Positions 51,917-64,000 of a stretch of 64,000 nt of DNA are shown here, one piece after another. The stretch is from the human T2T-CHM13v2.0 reference genome, Homo sapiens, in the NCBI RefSeq assembly GCF_009914755.1, contig NC_060942.1; one strand, written 5' to 3'. The notes below the pieces were generated by a model, which ran no database searches, had not been told where the DNA came from, and was given only the letters and a program-made list of their open reading frames with translations. The translations under genes were made by a program, and so were the position numbers. The number at the start of each line of letters is the position of its first letter. Position 1 is the first letter of the stretch.

Positions 51917-52102
51917 ATATATTATACATATGTATATATGTCATTTGCAGCAACATGCATGGAACTGGAAGTCATTTTGTTAAGTGAAATAAGCCAGGCA
52001 CAGAAAGGCAAATACTGTATGTTCTCATTCATATATGGGAGCTAAAAAAGTTGATCTCATAGAGGTAGAAAGTAGAGTGGTAGTTACCAGAGGCTGGGAA
52101 AG

Positions 52103-54376
52103 TGTATTAGTTCGTTTTCATGCTGCTGATAAAGATATACCTGAGACTGGGAAGAAAAAGGGGTTTAATTGGACTTACAGTTCCACATGGCTGGGGAGGC
52201 CTCAGAACCGTGGTGGGAGGTGAAAGGCACTTCTTACCTGACGGTGGCAAGAAAAAATGAGCAAGATGCAAAAGCCAAAACTCCTGATGAAACCATCAGA
52301 TCTCATGAGACTTACTTATTACACGAGAACAGTATGGGGGAAACCACCTCCATGATTCAAATTATCTCCCACTGGGTCCCTCCCACAACATGTGGGAATT
52401 GTGGGAGTATAATTCAAGATGAAATTTGGTTGCGGACACAGAGCCAAACCATATCATTCTGCCACTCGCTCATTCCAAATCTCATGCCCTCACATTTCAA
52501 AACCAATCACGCCTTCCCAACAGTCCCCCAAAGTCTTAACTCATTTCAGCATTAACCCAAAAGTCTACAGTCCAAAGTTTCATCTGAGACAAGGTAAGTC
52601 TCTTCCACCTGTGAGGCTGTAAAATTAAAAGCAAGGTAGTTACTTCCTAGATACAATGGGGGTACAGGAATTGGGTAAATACAGCCATTCCAAATGGAAC
52701 AAATTGGCCAAAGCAAAGGGGTTACAGGGCCCATGCAAGTCTAAAATCCAGTGGGGCACTCAAATTTTAAAGCTCCAAAATTATCTCCTTTGACTCCAGG
52801 TTTCAAATCCAGATCACACTGATACCAGAGGAGGGTTCCCATGGTCTTGGGCAGCTCCACTCCTGTGGCTTTTCAGGGTACACCCTCCCCTTCCAGCTGC
52901 TTTCACAGGGTGGCATTGAGTGTCTGCAGCTTTTCCAGGTGAACGGTCCAAGCCGTCAGTGTACCATTCTGGGGTCTAGAGGGCAGTGGCCCTCATCTCA
53001 CAGCTCCAAGAGGTAGTGCCCCAGTAGGGATTCTGTGTGGGGGCTCCAAACCCACATTTCCCTGCTGTACTGCCCTAGCAGAGTTCTCTGTGACTCTATG
53101 AGTGCCTTTGTCCCCACAGAAAACTTCTGCCTGGGCATCCAGGAGTTTCCATACATATTCTGAAATCTAGGTGGAGGTTCCCAAACCTCAATTCTTGACT
53201 TCTGTGCGCTCACAGGCTCAACACCATATGGAAGTTGCCAAGACTTGGGGCTCACACCCTCTGAAGCCACAGCCCAAGCTTTAAATTGGCCCCTTTCAGC
53301 CATGGCTGGAGCAGCTGGGACTCAGGGCACCAAGTCCCTAGGCTGCACAAAGCACAGGGACCCTGGGCCGAACCCATGAAATCATTTTCTCCTAGGCCTC
53401 CAGGCCTGTGATAGGAGGGGCTGCCGTGAAGACCACTGACATGCACTGGAGATATTTTTCCCATTGTCTTGGGGATTAACATTCAGCTCCTTGTTACTTA
53501 TACAAATTTATGCAGCTGGCTTCAATTTCTCCTTAGAAAATGGGTTTTTCTTTTCTATCACATCGTCAGGCTGCAGATTTTCCACACTTTTATATTCTGC
53601 TTCTCTTATAAAACCAAATGTCTTTAACAGCACCCAAGTCACCTCTTGAAAGCTTTGCTGCTTAGAAATTTCTTCCACCAGATACCCTAAATTATCTCTC
53701 TCAAGTTCAAAGTTCCACAAATCTCTACGGTGGGGCAAAATGCCACCAGTCTCTTTGCTAAAACATAACAAGAGTAACCTTTGCTCCAGTTCCCAACAAG
53801 TTCCTCATCTACATCTGAGACCACCTCAGCCTGGACCTTATTCTGCATATCGCTATCAGGCTTTTGGTCAAAGCCATTCAAGAAGTCTCTAAGAAGTTCC
53901 AAACTTTCCCACCTTTTCCTGTCTTCTTCTAAGCTCTCCAAACTGTTCCAACCTCTGCCTGTTACCCAGTTCCAAAGTCGCTTCCACATTTTTGGGTATC
54001 TTTTCAGCAAAGCCCTCCTCTATTGGTACCAATTTACTCTATTAGTTCATTTGCATGCTGCTGATAGAGACATATCCGAGACTGGGAAGAAAAAGAAGTT
54101 TAATTGGACTTACAGTTCCATATGGCTGGGGAGGCCTCAGAATCATGGCAAGAAGCAAAAGGCACTTCTTACATGGTGGCAGCAAGAGAAAATGAGGAAG
54201 ATGCAAAAGCAGAAACCCCTGATGAAACCATCCGATCTTGTGAGTCTTGCTCACTATGAGAACAGTATGGGAGGAACCACCCCCATAATTCAAATTATCT
54301 CCTACCGGGTCCCTCCCACAACACATGGGAATTATGGGAGCAGATTTGGGTGGGGACACAGAGGCAAACCAAATCA
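52103..54376 (-). mobile_element. Complete THE1 MaLR provirus (probably THE1C): LTRs 52103-52456 and 54038-54376, internal region 52457-54037
   Basis: Two similar ~350-bp LTRs (tattagttc...gctgctgata...gagactgggaagaaaaag) around a ~1.6-kb MaLR internal region ending tggtaccaatttac. Confidence 0.95.
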
Positions 54377-55429
54377 GGGGAGAAGTGAGGAGGGAGATGA
54401 AGAGAAGTAGGTTGAGGGGTACAAGAATACAGCCAGATAGAAGTAATAAGTTCTAGTATTCAACAGTACAATAAAGAAACTATGTCAACAATAGTTTATT
54501 GCATATTTTTTAGAAAGCTTGAAGAGAAGAATTGTAATGTCCCCAACACAAAGATAAATGTTTGATGTGATGGATATCCCACATTCATTATACATTCTAT
54601 ACATGTATCAAAATATTACATGTACCCCCAAAATATGTACAACTATAATATATCAATTAAAAATACAACAAGTAACACTCTTGCTTGGTGAAAATCATTC
54701 TACGTCCTGCACCACTCTTGAATATTACGCAGAACACTTAGCATAAGTAAAACATCTAAGTATCTGAGCCTAGGGTCTGAGTCCATTTTACCTTCAAATA
54801 TAAAGTATTTTTTGCACAGTTTTTATATAAACTGAATTATTCAGGGATACAAACACAAAGAAAAAAGAACAGTGTCACTTTGATTTGCTGGAAACTTTAC
54901 CAAAAACTAATCATTATTTCAGAAAAATCATTATTAACTGTGCCACTTCTAGTTTTTGAATCAACTCTGTCAAACTGGTTTTGAAGCCGTCTCACTCATA
55001 ATGATTCTACATATGGGTCCCATCATCTGACCTCTTCACCATGCTTTCTAGAGCAGTGATTTCTATGCATTTGCATATTAACATTTATATTTTATTACGA
55101 AAGTCTTTCCTGGTATTTTCCCATTATGCTAGAATATCATATTGATTTTTAATAATATTATAGGTGTTGGTAAGCTACATCATCTATGAATTTTATTTCA
55201 GGATAGTAACAGATAATGTTATCAAATGTTTGCTATACTGAAGAGACACTGTCTTGATTGGATAGGAACTGTTTCCTAGGTGTACGGCTGTTTTCAAATA
55301 GACTTTATTTATCACAAGCTGCTTGAGGATAACTCTAAGCCCCATCTACCATATATCAAACACTATTCACATAAAAGCCTGTTTGTGACACAACTTTCTC
55401 CTACCAAATGTAGTAACAACTCTTATTAA

Positions 55430-55640
55430 TTAAACACCTATTATTGACCAGGCAATATGCTAATATTTCACATATATTACATCAACCCTCAACTCCGCAA
55501 GAAATGTAATATTTATTATTAGCTTTATTTTACAGGCAAGAAAGCTGACACAGAACAAAGGTTAAATAACGTCGCTGAGATCATGCCATTTGTAGGCTAT
55601 TTGATACAAGTTTAACAAATTCGAACTCCAGTGACTTTGT
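55430..55640 (-). mobile_element. MIR SINE
   Basis: attttacaggcaagaaagctgacacaga...ggttaaataac...gagatcatg. Confidence 0.7.
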
Positions 55641-55750
55641 CAAAGACAGAGATGGACAAAATTCACAGCCAGAAAGACAAAAAGTTGGTAAGTAGCAAGA
55701 AACAACCAAGCTCAGAAGGGCTGAATTAACTGCTGAAAAATGAACGCAGA

Positions 55751-56010
55751 GGTTGGGCATGGTAGTTCACACCAGTAATCCCAGCATTTTGGGAGGCCAA
55801 AGCAGAAGGCTTGCTTGAGCCCAGGAGTTGGAAACCAACCTGGGCAACATAGTGAAACTCTGTCTCTACAAAACTTAAAAAAAATTAATCAAGCATGGGT
55901 GTACCTACCTGCAGTCCCAGCTACTCAGGAGGCTGAGGCAGGAAGATTCCTTGACCCCAGGAGGTTCAGCTGTGTTTGAACCACTATATTCCAGTCTGGG
56001 TAACAGAGTG
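55751..56010 (+). mobile_element. AluJ, diverged, no clear tail
   Basis: gcttgagcccaggagtt...cctgggcaacatagtgaaac are J diagnostics. Confidence 0.88.
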
Positions 56011-56074
56011 CATTCTCATGTTAGGACCCTCACTCAAGCCCCATCAAGTTCCCACACTACTCATGGTCTGAGGA

Positions 56075-56336
56075 ACATCACTTGAAAAGTGGGTCGTTTA
56101 AACTGAGATGTGCTTTAGCTGCAAAACACATATAACATTTCAAAGACTTGGTGCCAAAAAAAGAATGTAAAATATCTCACTAATAATTTTATGGAGTTTA
56201 TATGTGATAATAATGTGTTTGGATATATTGAGTTGAAATACAAGAACTTTTTACCTATTTCTTTTTATATTTTAATGATGTTACTAAATTTTTTAATTAT
56301 ACATATGTGGCTCGCATTATATTTTTATTGGCCAGA
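56075..56336. mobile_element. MER33/MER3-like DNA transposon fossil
   Basis: aactgagatgtgct...aagaatgtaaaatatctcactaata...atgtggctcgcattatatttttattgg. Confidence 0.75.
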
Positions 56337-56402
56337 GTAAATACAAGTGGCTTTCCTGTAGTCTAAGTATCCTTCTCCTGCATAACAGAAATCTGCAGAA
56401 GC

Positions 56403-56430
56403 GGCCGGGCGTGGTGGCTCACACCTGTAA
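56403..56430 (+). mobile_element. Isolated 28-bp Alu 5' end
   Basis: ggccgggcgtggtggctcacacctgtaa followed by non-Alu sequence. Confidence 0.8.
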
Positions 56431-57624
56431 GCTTGTAAGCCTTGGGCAACTGCTTTCTAGACAGACCATTCAGGCCACTGGAAGCCACATGAGAGAACAA
56501 TGTGGATGTGTGAAAGGGGAGGACAAGCAAGCGTTCCTGCACATCTTCCCCAGTTTTAGGCCCTCAGACCATGGGAACCACATGTTCATTCACTATTGAT
56601 TACTATTATTTTCTTACCATATGCTTCACACAACTGCTGCTACATGAGCACAGTAGGCAAAATCTGGAACAGAAGCTGTGTTTGAATATACATGCAAAGA
56701 AAAGTCAAAATATTTAACATGTTACCTGAATACAATATTGTTTATATTTACTAACAAAGAAGAAGATAGGAGCTTGTGGCTCTACCAAAACCCAGACGAG
56801 TAGTATTAGCTCAACATGGATTTGAAAGTATTAGAAATAGTTTAAATATAAAATAATTAAAGGCAGGGGAGTAAAACCTGTAACTTCTCAAGATCCATCC
56901 CATCTATTATCAGATCTCTAACTTCTGTGCTTTGATTTCATTAAAAGAATTTTTAAAAACTGAGAGAAAACTGAATTCAATGAGGTTGAATAGAAACTAA
57001 TAACAATAATTTTACCTCACACTTGTTAACTGAGCAAAATATCAAGAAAAAAAAGCTTTTCAAAAAAGGTGTGTGTACCACTTTGATCTCTATTAAGAGA
57101 AGAATGATTCATTAACTCTGATGCAGACTTAATATGAAATATTATACATTATATATTTTAAAAGGTTTATCTCTAGATGAGCAACATGTTTTATTGCCTA
57201 TGATGGTTTCCTCTGATCTCATTTCGTAGCCCTTAGAGAAGCTTAACTTGTTTGCTACACAAGACCAGGCCATGCCAGAAAGAGCAGAGAAGAGCTTCTA
57301 ACTATTGCATGGATGACAGTGTGAAGCAACTGTTATAACAACTTGGATCAGGTCTCTAAGCTCATTACTGGGCACATGCCCATGAGGACTACTTGAGAGT
57401 CTTTTCAGCTGAGCCAACCAAGTTGTAGAGAGCTACAAAGTCCTTGCTGCATCATTTTTCTAGAAGAAACAAAGCAAAAGGCAGCCACATTTTGGAGATT
57501 GTTTAGTTTATAAATCAAATGAGGTCTAATGTCAAAAATTGTTTCTGGAACTTCCTACAAAAGGAGAGTTCATCTCTCCCTTCTGTTTGCTCTTTAACTA
57601 ACAGCATTTAACTCTTTCTGTCTG

Positions 57625-57760
57625 TCACATAATTAGACATGTACATGTCTGCCTTCCCTATCAGACAATAAATTTTATGATGGCAAGGTTCATCACAAAG
57701 TTTATTTTCATATTTCACCCAACACCTGGCATATAGTGGGCATTCAGTAAGTATTATAAC
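57625..57760 (+). mobile_element. L2 3' end fragment
   Basis: tgtctgccttccctatcagac...tatgatggcaagg...cacctggcatatagtgggcattcagtaa. Confidence 0.6.
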
Positions 57761-58749
57761 ATTGGATATAATTTTGTAACATTGGATGTAATCTTTCTTG
57801 ACTATTCTAAAGAGCGGTAGCCAGGAAGAGGCATCCTCAAAAGCACATCAGACTGAACAATTGGCAGAGTTTACTTATAATCCGGTATCCAAAAGTTAAT
57901 CTCTCCTGGGTTCAGCACCATCTTCTGCAAAACAAGAGGGCTGAGCTAGGCTACCTCCAAGTCCATTTGCCTTCCAATCCTTTGTGGGTCTACTAATCTA
58001 CTTTGAAAGTCTAAAAGTGTTTCCGTTTGATTATCTAAAAATGATCAGATTCCACTAATAATGACCTGAAATATATATTTTACTTTCCATGTTTTTATTA
58101 TTCCCTGCAGAGTCCAGATCTGATTTTTACCATCTCCAGGATTTCAGTATCAAACTCTGTCAACCCATTTCGAGATTTCTTCTAATAAGTCAAAAACTGA
58201 CTTTGTATTTTACTAAGAAGCGCTTAAGATTGAGCTGCTCTGTATGAAAGTTTATGTGAGGGTATTCATGTGCAAGAGAAATCATGAGGCAGGAGAGAGG
58301 AAGAGAGGGAGGGAGAAAGAAAAGGAAGGACAAATAGAGAGAATGATGGGGAGAAAATGTGTAATCTACTGGAGATCAAGTGCCGTATCTTTTTCCCTAC
58401 TGAATTTTCCCTTCCTTTTGAACTGATTGTTCACCCCCTTCTGCAGATAGGATGGTTCTTCACACATAATACATGTTTATTAAATAATTGATGAATGAAT
58501 GTGTGATGGAACGAATGAGTAAAACTATAGTAGAATTTTTGGAAAACTGTTACCAAAATATCTTTGCAGAAATTCATGAGAGCAGTAAGAATCTGTGCAC
58601 ATCCTGGCTTTTCCTTAGAAAAGCCTAGATACCTAGTCAACAAACAAAGGTAAAAGAAATAAATAACTGCACAGCCAGGGAAGTAAGGTAAAAATGTCAG
58701 TGCCAACTTTGCCCAGGGATCGGTGGAAACACACCAATAAAAAGAGAAA

Positions 58750-59668
58750 AGTGATCCCATTATATGCTATTTACAAGTAATCCGTTTTTAAGGATATAGA
58801 CATAGATTAAAAGTAAAAAGATGGCAAAGAATATATTATATAAACATGAATTAAAAGAAAGCTGGAATGCCTATATTAATATCAGAAAAAGTAGACTTTA
58901 GAAGAAGAAATATGGATAAAAAGTGACATTGCAAAAAAAAAACCATGACAAAGGGGATGAGTCATCAAGAAAGCATAAAAAATTTATGTGCATTTAACAA
59001 CAGATCTTCCAAATACGTGAAGCAAAACCTGAGCAAACTAAAAGTGAAAATAGACGCATTCACAATTAAAGTTGAACCTTCAAAGATCCTCTCTCAGTAA
59101 ACAACAGAACAAGTAGAGAGAAAACAGGTAAAGATATGGAAGACCTGAATAACACTATTAACCAAATTAACCTAATTGATATTTCTAGAATGTTCCACTT
59201 AATAGAATGCAAACTTTCTTCAAGTGCACATAGAACATTCATCCAGATTGATCATGTCCAGTACCATGAACCAAGTCTCAAGAAAGTAAAAACAAAATCA
59301 AACGGAATGTGTTCCCTGATCACATAGAATCAAACTAAAGATCAATAAAAGAAAAATTCTTAAAAACTCCCCAAAATTTGGAAATTAAGTAACACATTTC
59401 TAAACAACAATGTTCAAAAGGAAGTCACAAAAGAAATTACTAAATATTTTGAATTGACTAAAAATAAAAACACAACATACCAAAATTTGTAAAATGCTGC
59501 TAAAATAATGCTTACAGGAAAATTATAGCAATAATTGTTTATACTAGAAAAGAAGAAAGTTCTTAAATAAATTATCTAAGTTTCTACCTTAAGAAAATGA
59601 AGAAAAGAAGAAGAGTAAATCAAACCAAAAGCAATCAGACAAAAAAAAAATTATAAAGATCAGAGCAT
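58750..59668 (+). mobile_element. Old L1M ORF2 endonuclease region
   Basis: ORF 59136-59327 (EDLNNTINQ..L.DI...SSAHRTF.QIDH) is L1 endonuclease-like. Confidence 0.85.
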
Positions 59669-59837
59669 AGGGGCCAAGATGGCCAATTAGAAGAAGCTGT
59701 GGTCTGTGAGTCTCGGGGAGAGGAATGAAAATTGCCAGTGATTTCTGCACCTTCAACTGAGGTGCTGAGGTTTTCACATTGGGACTGAGTAGGGGATGGC
59801 TTGACCAACGGAGAGCGAGAAAAAACAGGATGGGGCT

Positions 59838-60245
<408 letters not shown>

Positions 60246-60338
60246 CTAGCATCATGATGAAAGGATCAAATTCACACATAACAATATTAGCATTAAATGT
60301 AAATGGCATAAATGCCCCAATTGAAGAACACAGAGTGG

Positions 60339-60665
60339 AATGACTAATGCCATTCACAGTGACCTGGATGAGATTGGAGACTATTATTCCAAGTTAACTA
60401 ACTAAGGAATGGAAAACCAAATATTGTATGTTCTCACTGATATGTGGGAGCTAAGCTATGAGGATGCAAAAGCATAAGAATCATGCAATGGACTTTGGGG
60501 AAGAGTGGGAGGGGGCAAGGGATAAAAGACTACAAATAGGGTGTAGGGTATACTGCTCAGGTGATGGGTGCACCAGAATCTCACAAATCACCACAAAGAA
60601 CCTACTCATGTAACTAAACACCACCTGAACCCCAATAACCTATGGATAAATAAATAAATAAATAA
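60339..60665 (+). mobile_element. 5'-truncated L1PB 3' end nested at host ORF2 start
   Basis: gacctggatgagattggagactattatt...caccacctgaaccccaataacctatgga plus (TAAA)n; TSD aagaacacagagtgg/aaagacaaagagtgg. Confidence 0.9.
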
Positions 60666-62814
60666 AAGACAAAGAGTGGCATGCTGGATTCAAGACCTAT
60701 CAGTACGCGGTCTTCAAAAAACCCATCTTATGTGCAAAGACACATAGGCTTAGAATAAAGGGATGGAGGAAAATTTACCAAGCAAATAAAAAAACAGAAA
60801 AACCAGGGGTCTCAGCCCTAGTTTCTGACAAAATAGACTTTAAATCAACAAAGATCAAATAAGACACAGAAGGGCATTACATAATGGTAAAGGGTTCAAT
60901 TCAACAAGAAGAGCTAACTATCCTAAATATATAGGCACCCAATACAGGAGCACACAGATTCATAAAGCAAGTTCTTAGGGACCTGCAAAGAGACTTAGAT
61001 TCCCAACAATAATAGTGCAAGGCTTTAACAGCCCACTGGCAATATTATTCAGATCACTGAAGCGAAACTAACAAAGATATTCAGGACCCGAATGCAGCTC
61101 TGGATCAATTGGACCTGATAGACATCTATAGAACTCTCTGCTCAAAAACAATAGAATATACATTCTTCTCATCATCACATGGCACTTACTCTAAAATTGA
61201 TCACATAATCAGAAGTAAAACACTCCTCAGCAAATGCAAAAGAACTGAAATCATTAAAAAACAAGCCTCTCAGACCACAGCACAACCAAATTAGAACTCA
61301 AGAAACTCAGTCAAAACCACACAGCTACACAGAAATTGAACAGCCTGCTCCTGAATGACTCCTGAGTAAATAATGAAATTCAGGCAGAAATCAAGAAGTT
61401 CTTTGAAACTGATGAGAACAAAGAGACAACACACCCGGACTTCTAGGACACAGCTAAAGCAGTGTTAAGAGGGAAATTTATAGCACTAAATGCCCATATC
61501 AAAAAGCTAGAAAGATCTCAAATCAACAACCTAACATCACAACTAAAAGAACTAGAGAACCAACAGCAAACAAACCCCAAAGCTAGCAGAAGACAAGATA
61601 TAACCAAGATCTGAGCAGAACTGAAGGAGATAGAGACATGAAATGCCATAAAAAATCAATGAATCCAGGAGCTGTTTTTTGAAAAAAAATAAAATAGATA
61701 GACTGCTAGCTAGACTAATAAAGAAGAAAAAGAAGAATCAAATAAACACAATTAGAAATGATAAATGAGTATCATCAATGACCCCACAGAAATACAAACA
61801 ACCATCAGAGAATACTATAAACACCTGTATGCACATAAACAAGATAATCTAGAATAAATGGATAAAGTCCTGGATGCATACACTCTCTCAAGACAAAACA
61901 GGAAGAAATGGAATCCCTGAATAGACCAATAACAAGTTCTGAAATTGAGACAGTATAAACAGCCTATCAACCAAAAGAAAGCCAAGAAGCAGACATATTT
62001 ACAGCTGAATTTCTACCAGAGGTACAAAGGAGAGCTAATACCATTTCTACTGAAACTATTTCAAGCAATTGAAAAGGAGGGACTCTTCCCTAACTCATTT
62101 TATGAGGCCAAAATCATCCTAATACAAAAACCTGGCAGAGATACAACAACAACAACAAAACCTCCAGGCCAATATCCCTGATTAACACTGATGTAAAAAT
62201 TCTCAATAAAATTCTGGCAAACTGAATCCAGTAGCACATCAAAAAGCTTATCCACCAGATCAGGTTGGCTTCATCACCAGGATATAAGGTTGGTTCAACA
62301 TACACAAATCAATAAATGTGATTTCATCACATAAACAGAACTAAAGACAAAAACCACATGATTATTTCAATAGACACAGGAAAGGTCTTTGATAAAATTT
62401 AACATCCCTTTATATTAAAAACTTGCAATAAACTAGGTATTGAAAGAACATACCTCAAAATATTAAGAGTCATATATGACAAACCCACAGTCAGTATCAT
62501 ACTGAAAGCGCAAAAGCTGGAAGCATTCCCCTTGAAAACTGGCACAAGACAAGGATGCCTTCTCTCACCACTCCTATTCAACATAGTATTGGAACTTCAG
62601 TCCAGGGAAATCAGGCAAGATAAAGAAATAAAGCATATTCAAATAGGAAGTCAAACTCTCTTTGTTTGCAGATGTCATGATTCTATATCTAGAAAACTCC
62701 ATCGTCTCAGCCCAACAGCTTCTTAAGCTAATATGCAACTTCAGCAAAGTCTCCAGATACAAAACCAATGTGCAAACATCACTAGCATTTCTGTACACCA
62801 ACATATTTAGGGGG

Positions 62815-63142
62815 AGGAATTCATTTGTGGTGTTGCATATGGCAATAGTTAATTGATCTCACTGTTACATGTCACTGTGTAAATATACCAAAATTCATTT
62901 ACTTATTCTACTATAAATTGGCTTTTTTGTTTTTGACTCCACTTAGGAGCTGATGTGAACAGAGCTGCTACGGAACATTCTTCTATATGTCCTTTGGTGT
63001 CTATACAAACTTAGTATTGTTAGATGTATACCTAAGAGTGGAATTCCTGTGTGATTGTGTGTGCATAAGCCAAGTGATTTTCTAACATGGCTGCGAATAT
63101 ACACTTCCACCACTAGTGTACAAGAGTTGCATTTGCTCTGTA
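62815..63142 (-). mobile_element. L1ME-like 3' fragment
   Basis: tgtatacctaagagtggaatt...acacttccaccactagtgtacaagagttgc. Confidence 0.7.
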
Positions 63143-63434
63143 TTACAAGTAGGATTCATGCATGCATATCCCCACTGTAGTTGACAGTATTTATTCTCCT
63201 ACAAGCTCCCGTCTTATTTCTAAAGACTTTTCTTTTCTTAGGCATAAGTTAGGGACCATGTCCTCAAATGCCCCACTATGTGGGGACAGAGTAGCAGTGT
63301 GAATAAATATCAAGCTTCCAAATGGTTCCTTTGAATAGCCTCTCATTGTGCTTGAAGTGAAGAAAATACACCCCCACTTCTTCCCTTTGGAGAGAGGAAA
63401 CTCACAGTACAACAATAGATTTCTCTATAAAAAT

Positions 63435-63657
63435 GTTGGCAAAATATATATAACATAAAATTTGCTATTTTAACCATTTTAAGTGTAAAATTCAGTGGCA
63501 TTAATCACATTGACAATGCTATGCAACCATCACTACTATCCATTTCTGGAACTTTTTCTTCATCCGAAACAGAAATTGTGTACATATTAAACAATAACTT
63601 TCATTACCCCGTCCCTACACCTGCTAACCACCACTCTTCTTTCTGTCCCCATGAATC
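63435..63657 (-). mobile_element. L1MB/ME-like 3' terminus
   Basis: taaccattttaagtgtaaaattcagtggcatt...tgcaaccatcactactatcc. Confidence 0.8.
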
Positions 63658-64000
63658 AATACCTTTCTCTTGTCTTCCTCACTAAATTCTCTGCCTACAT
63701 CTAAGAAGCCTACCTTTTTATGGCCTTACTACAGGTGAAATGCCAAACAGTCATGGAACACATTCTAGAATACTCTTCTGAATGTTTCCATCTTGGTCTG
63801 ACACTTAACTTTGGGATTTCATTCTCTGTATATGTTCATGGCTCAATCAAAACTTTTAAACTTTTAAATTTTATGAAACTGTTTTACATGAGCATGCAGC
63901 ATTGGTGAATTACTTTTTCCCTTTAATCATCTTTGACCTCTGACTGCATTTTTTTACTGTCCTTCTAAACAGTCAGAAATTTTTCACTGAAGAGTCGCCA

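Larger units (their letters stand above)
49809..54666 (+). mobile_element. 5'-truncated LINE-1 (L1MA3-5-like), 3'UTR interrupted by THE1
   Basis: ORF2 from accctgataccaaaaccagac to 3' end atgtacccccaaaatatgtacaact; probable TSD aagaacattcttgc/aagtaacactcttgc. Confidence 0.92.

Noticed and set aside
53781-54410. Longest ORF in the track (209 aa)
   Set aside because: Antisense read-through of THE1 internal region and LTR; no gene-like features.

Overview
AT-rich primate (human-like) genomic DNA, made mostly of interspersed repeats. It holds two essentially full-length old LINE-1s (L1PB-like ~30407-38248; L1MA-like ~38556-46240), several truncated or nested L1s, about 15 Alus, a complete two-LTR THE1 MaLR provirus, solo MaLR/ERVL LTRs, MIR/L2 fragments, MER DNA-transposon fossils and microsatellites. 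I recognise no protein-coding gene: the longer ORFs with recognisable content are broken L1 ORF1/ORF2 remnants, antisense L1, Alu or THE1 read-throughs. A few weak splice-site-bounded exon candidates lie in unique DNA. Nearly all long L1s are on the + strand, which would fit an intron of a minus-strand gene (inference). The most unusual signal is a multi-step, self-templated insertion inside the L1PB element (~32159-32473). It copies, inverted, a chimeric ORF2 junction from the same element plus a piece of its own 5'UTR, with fold-back junctions. I see no evidence of a new gene system. Repeat subfamily names are from recall of consensus sequences, and identities were counted by eye.
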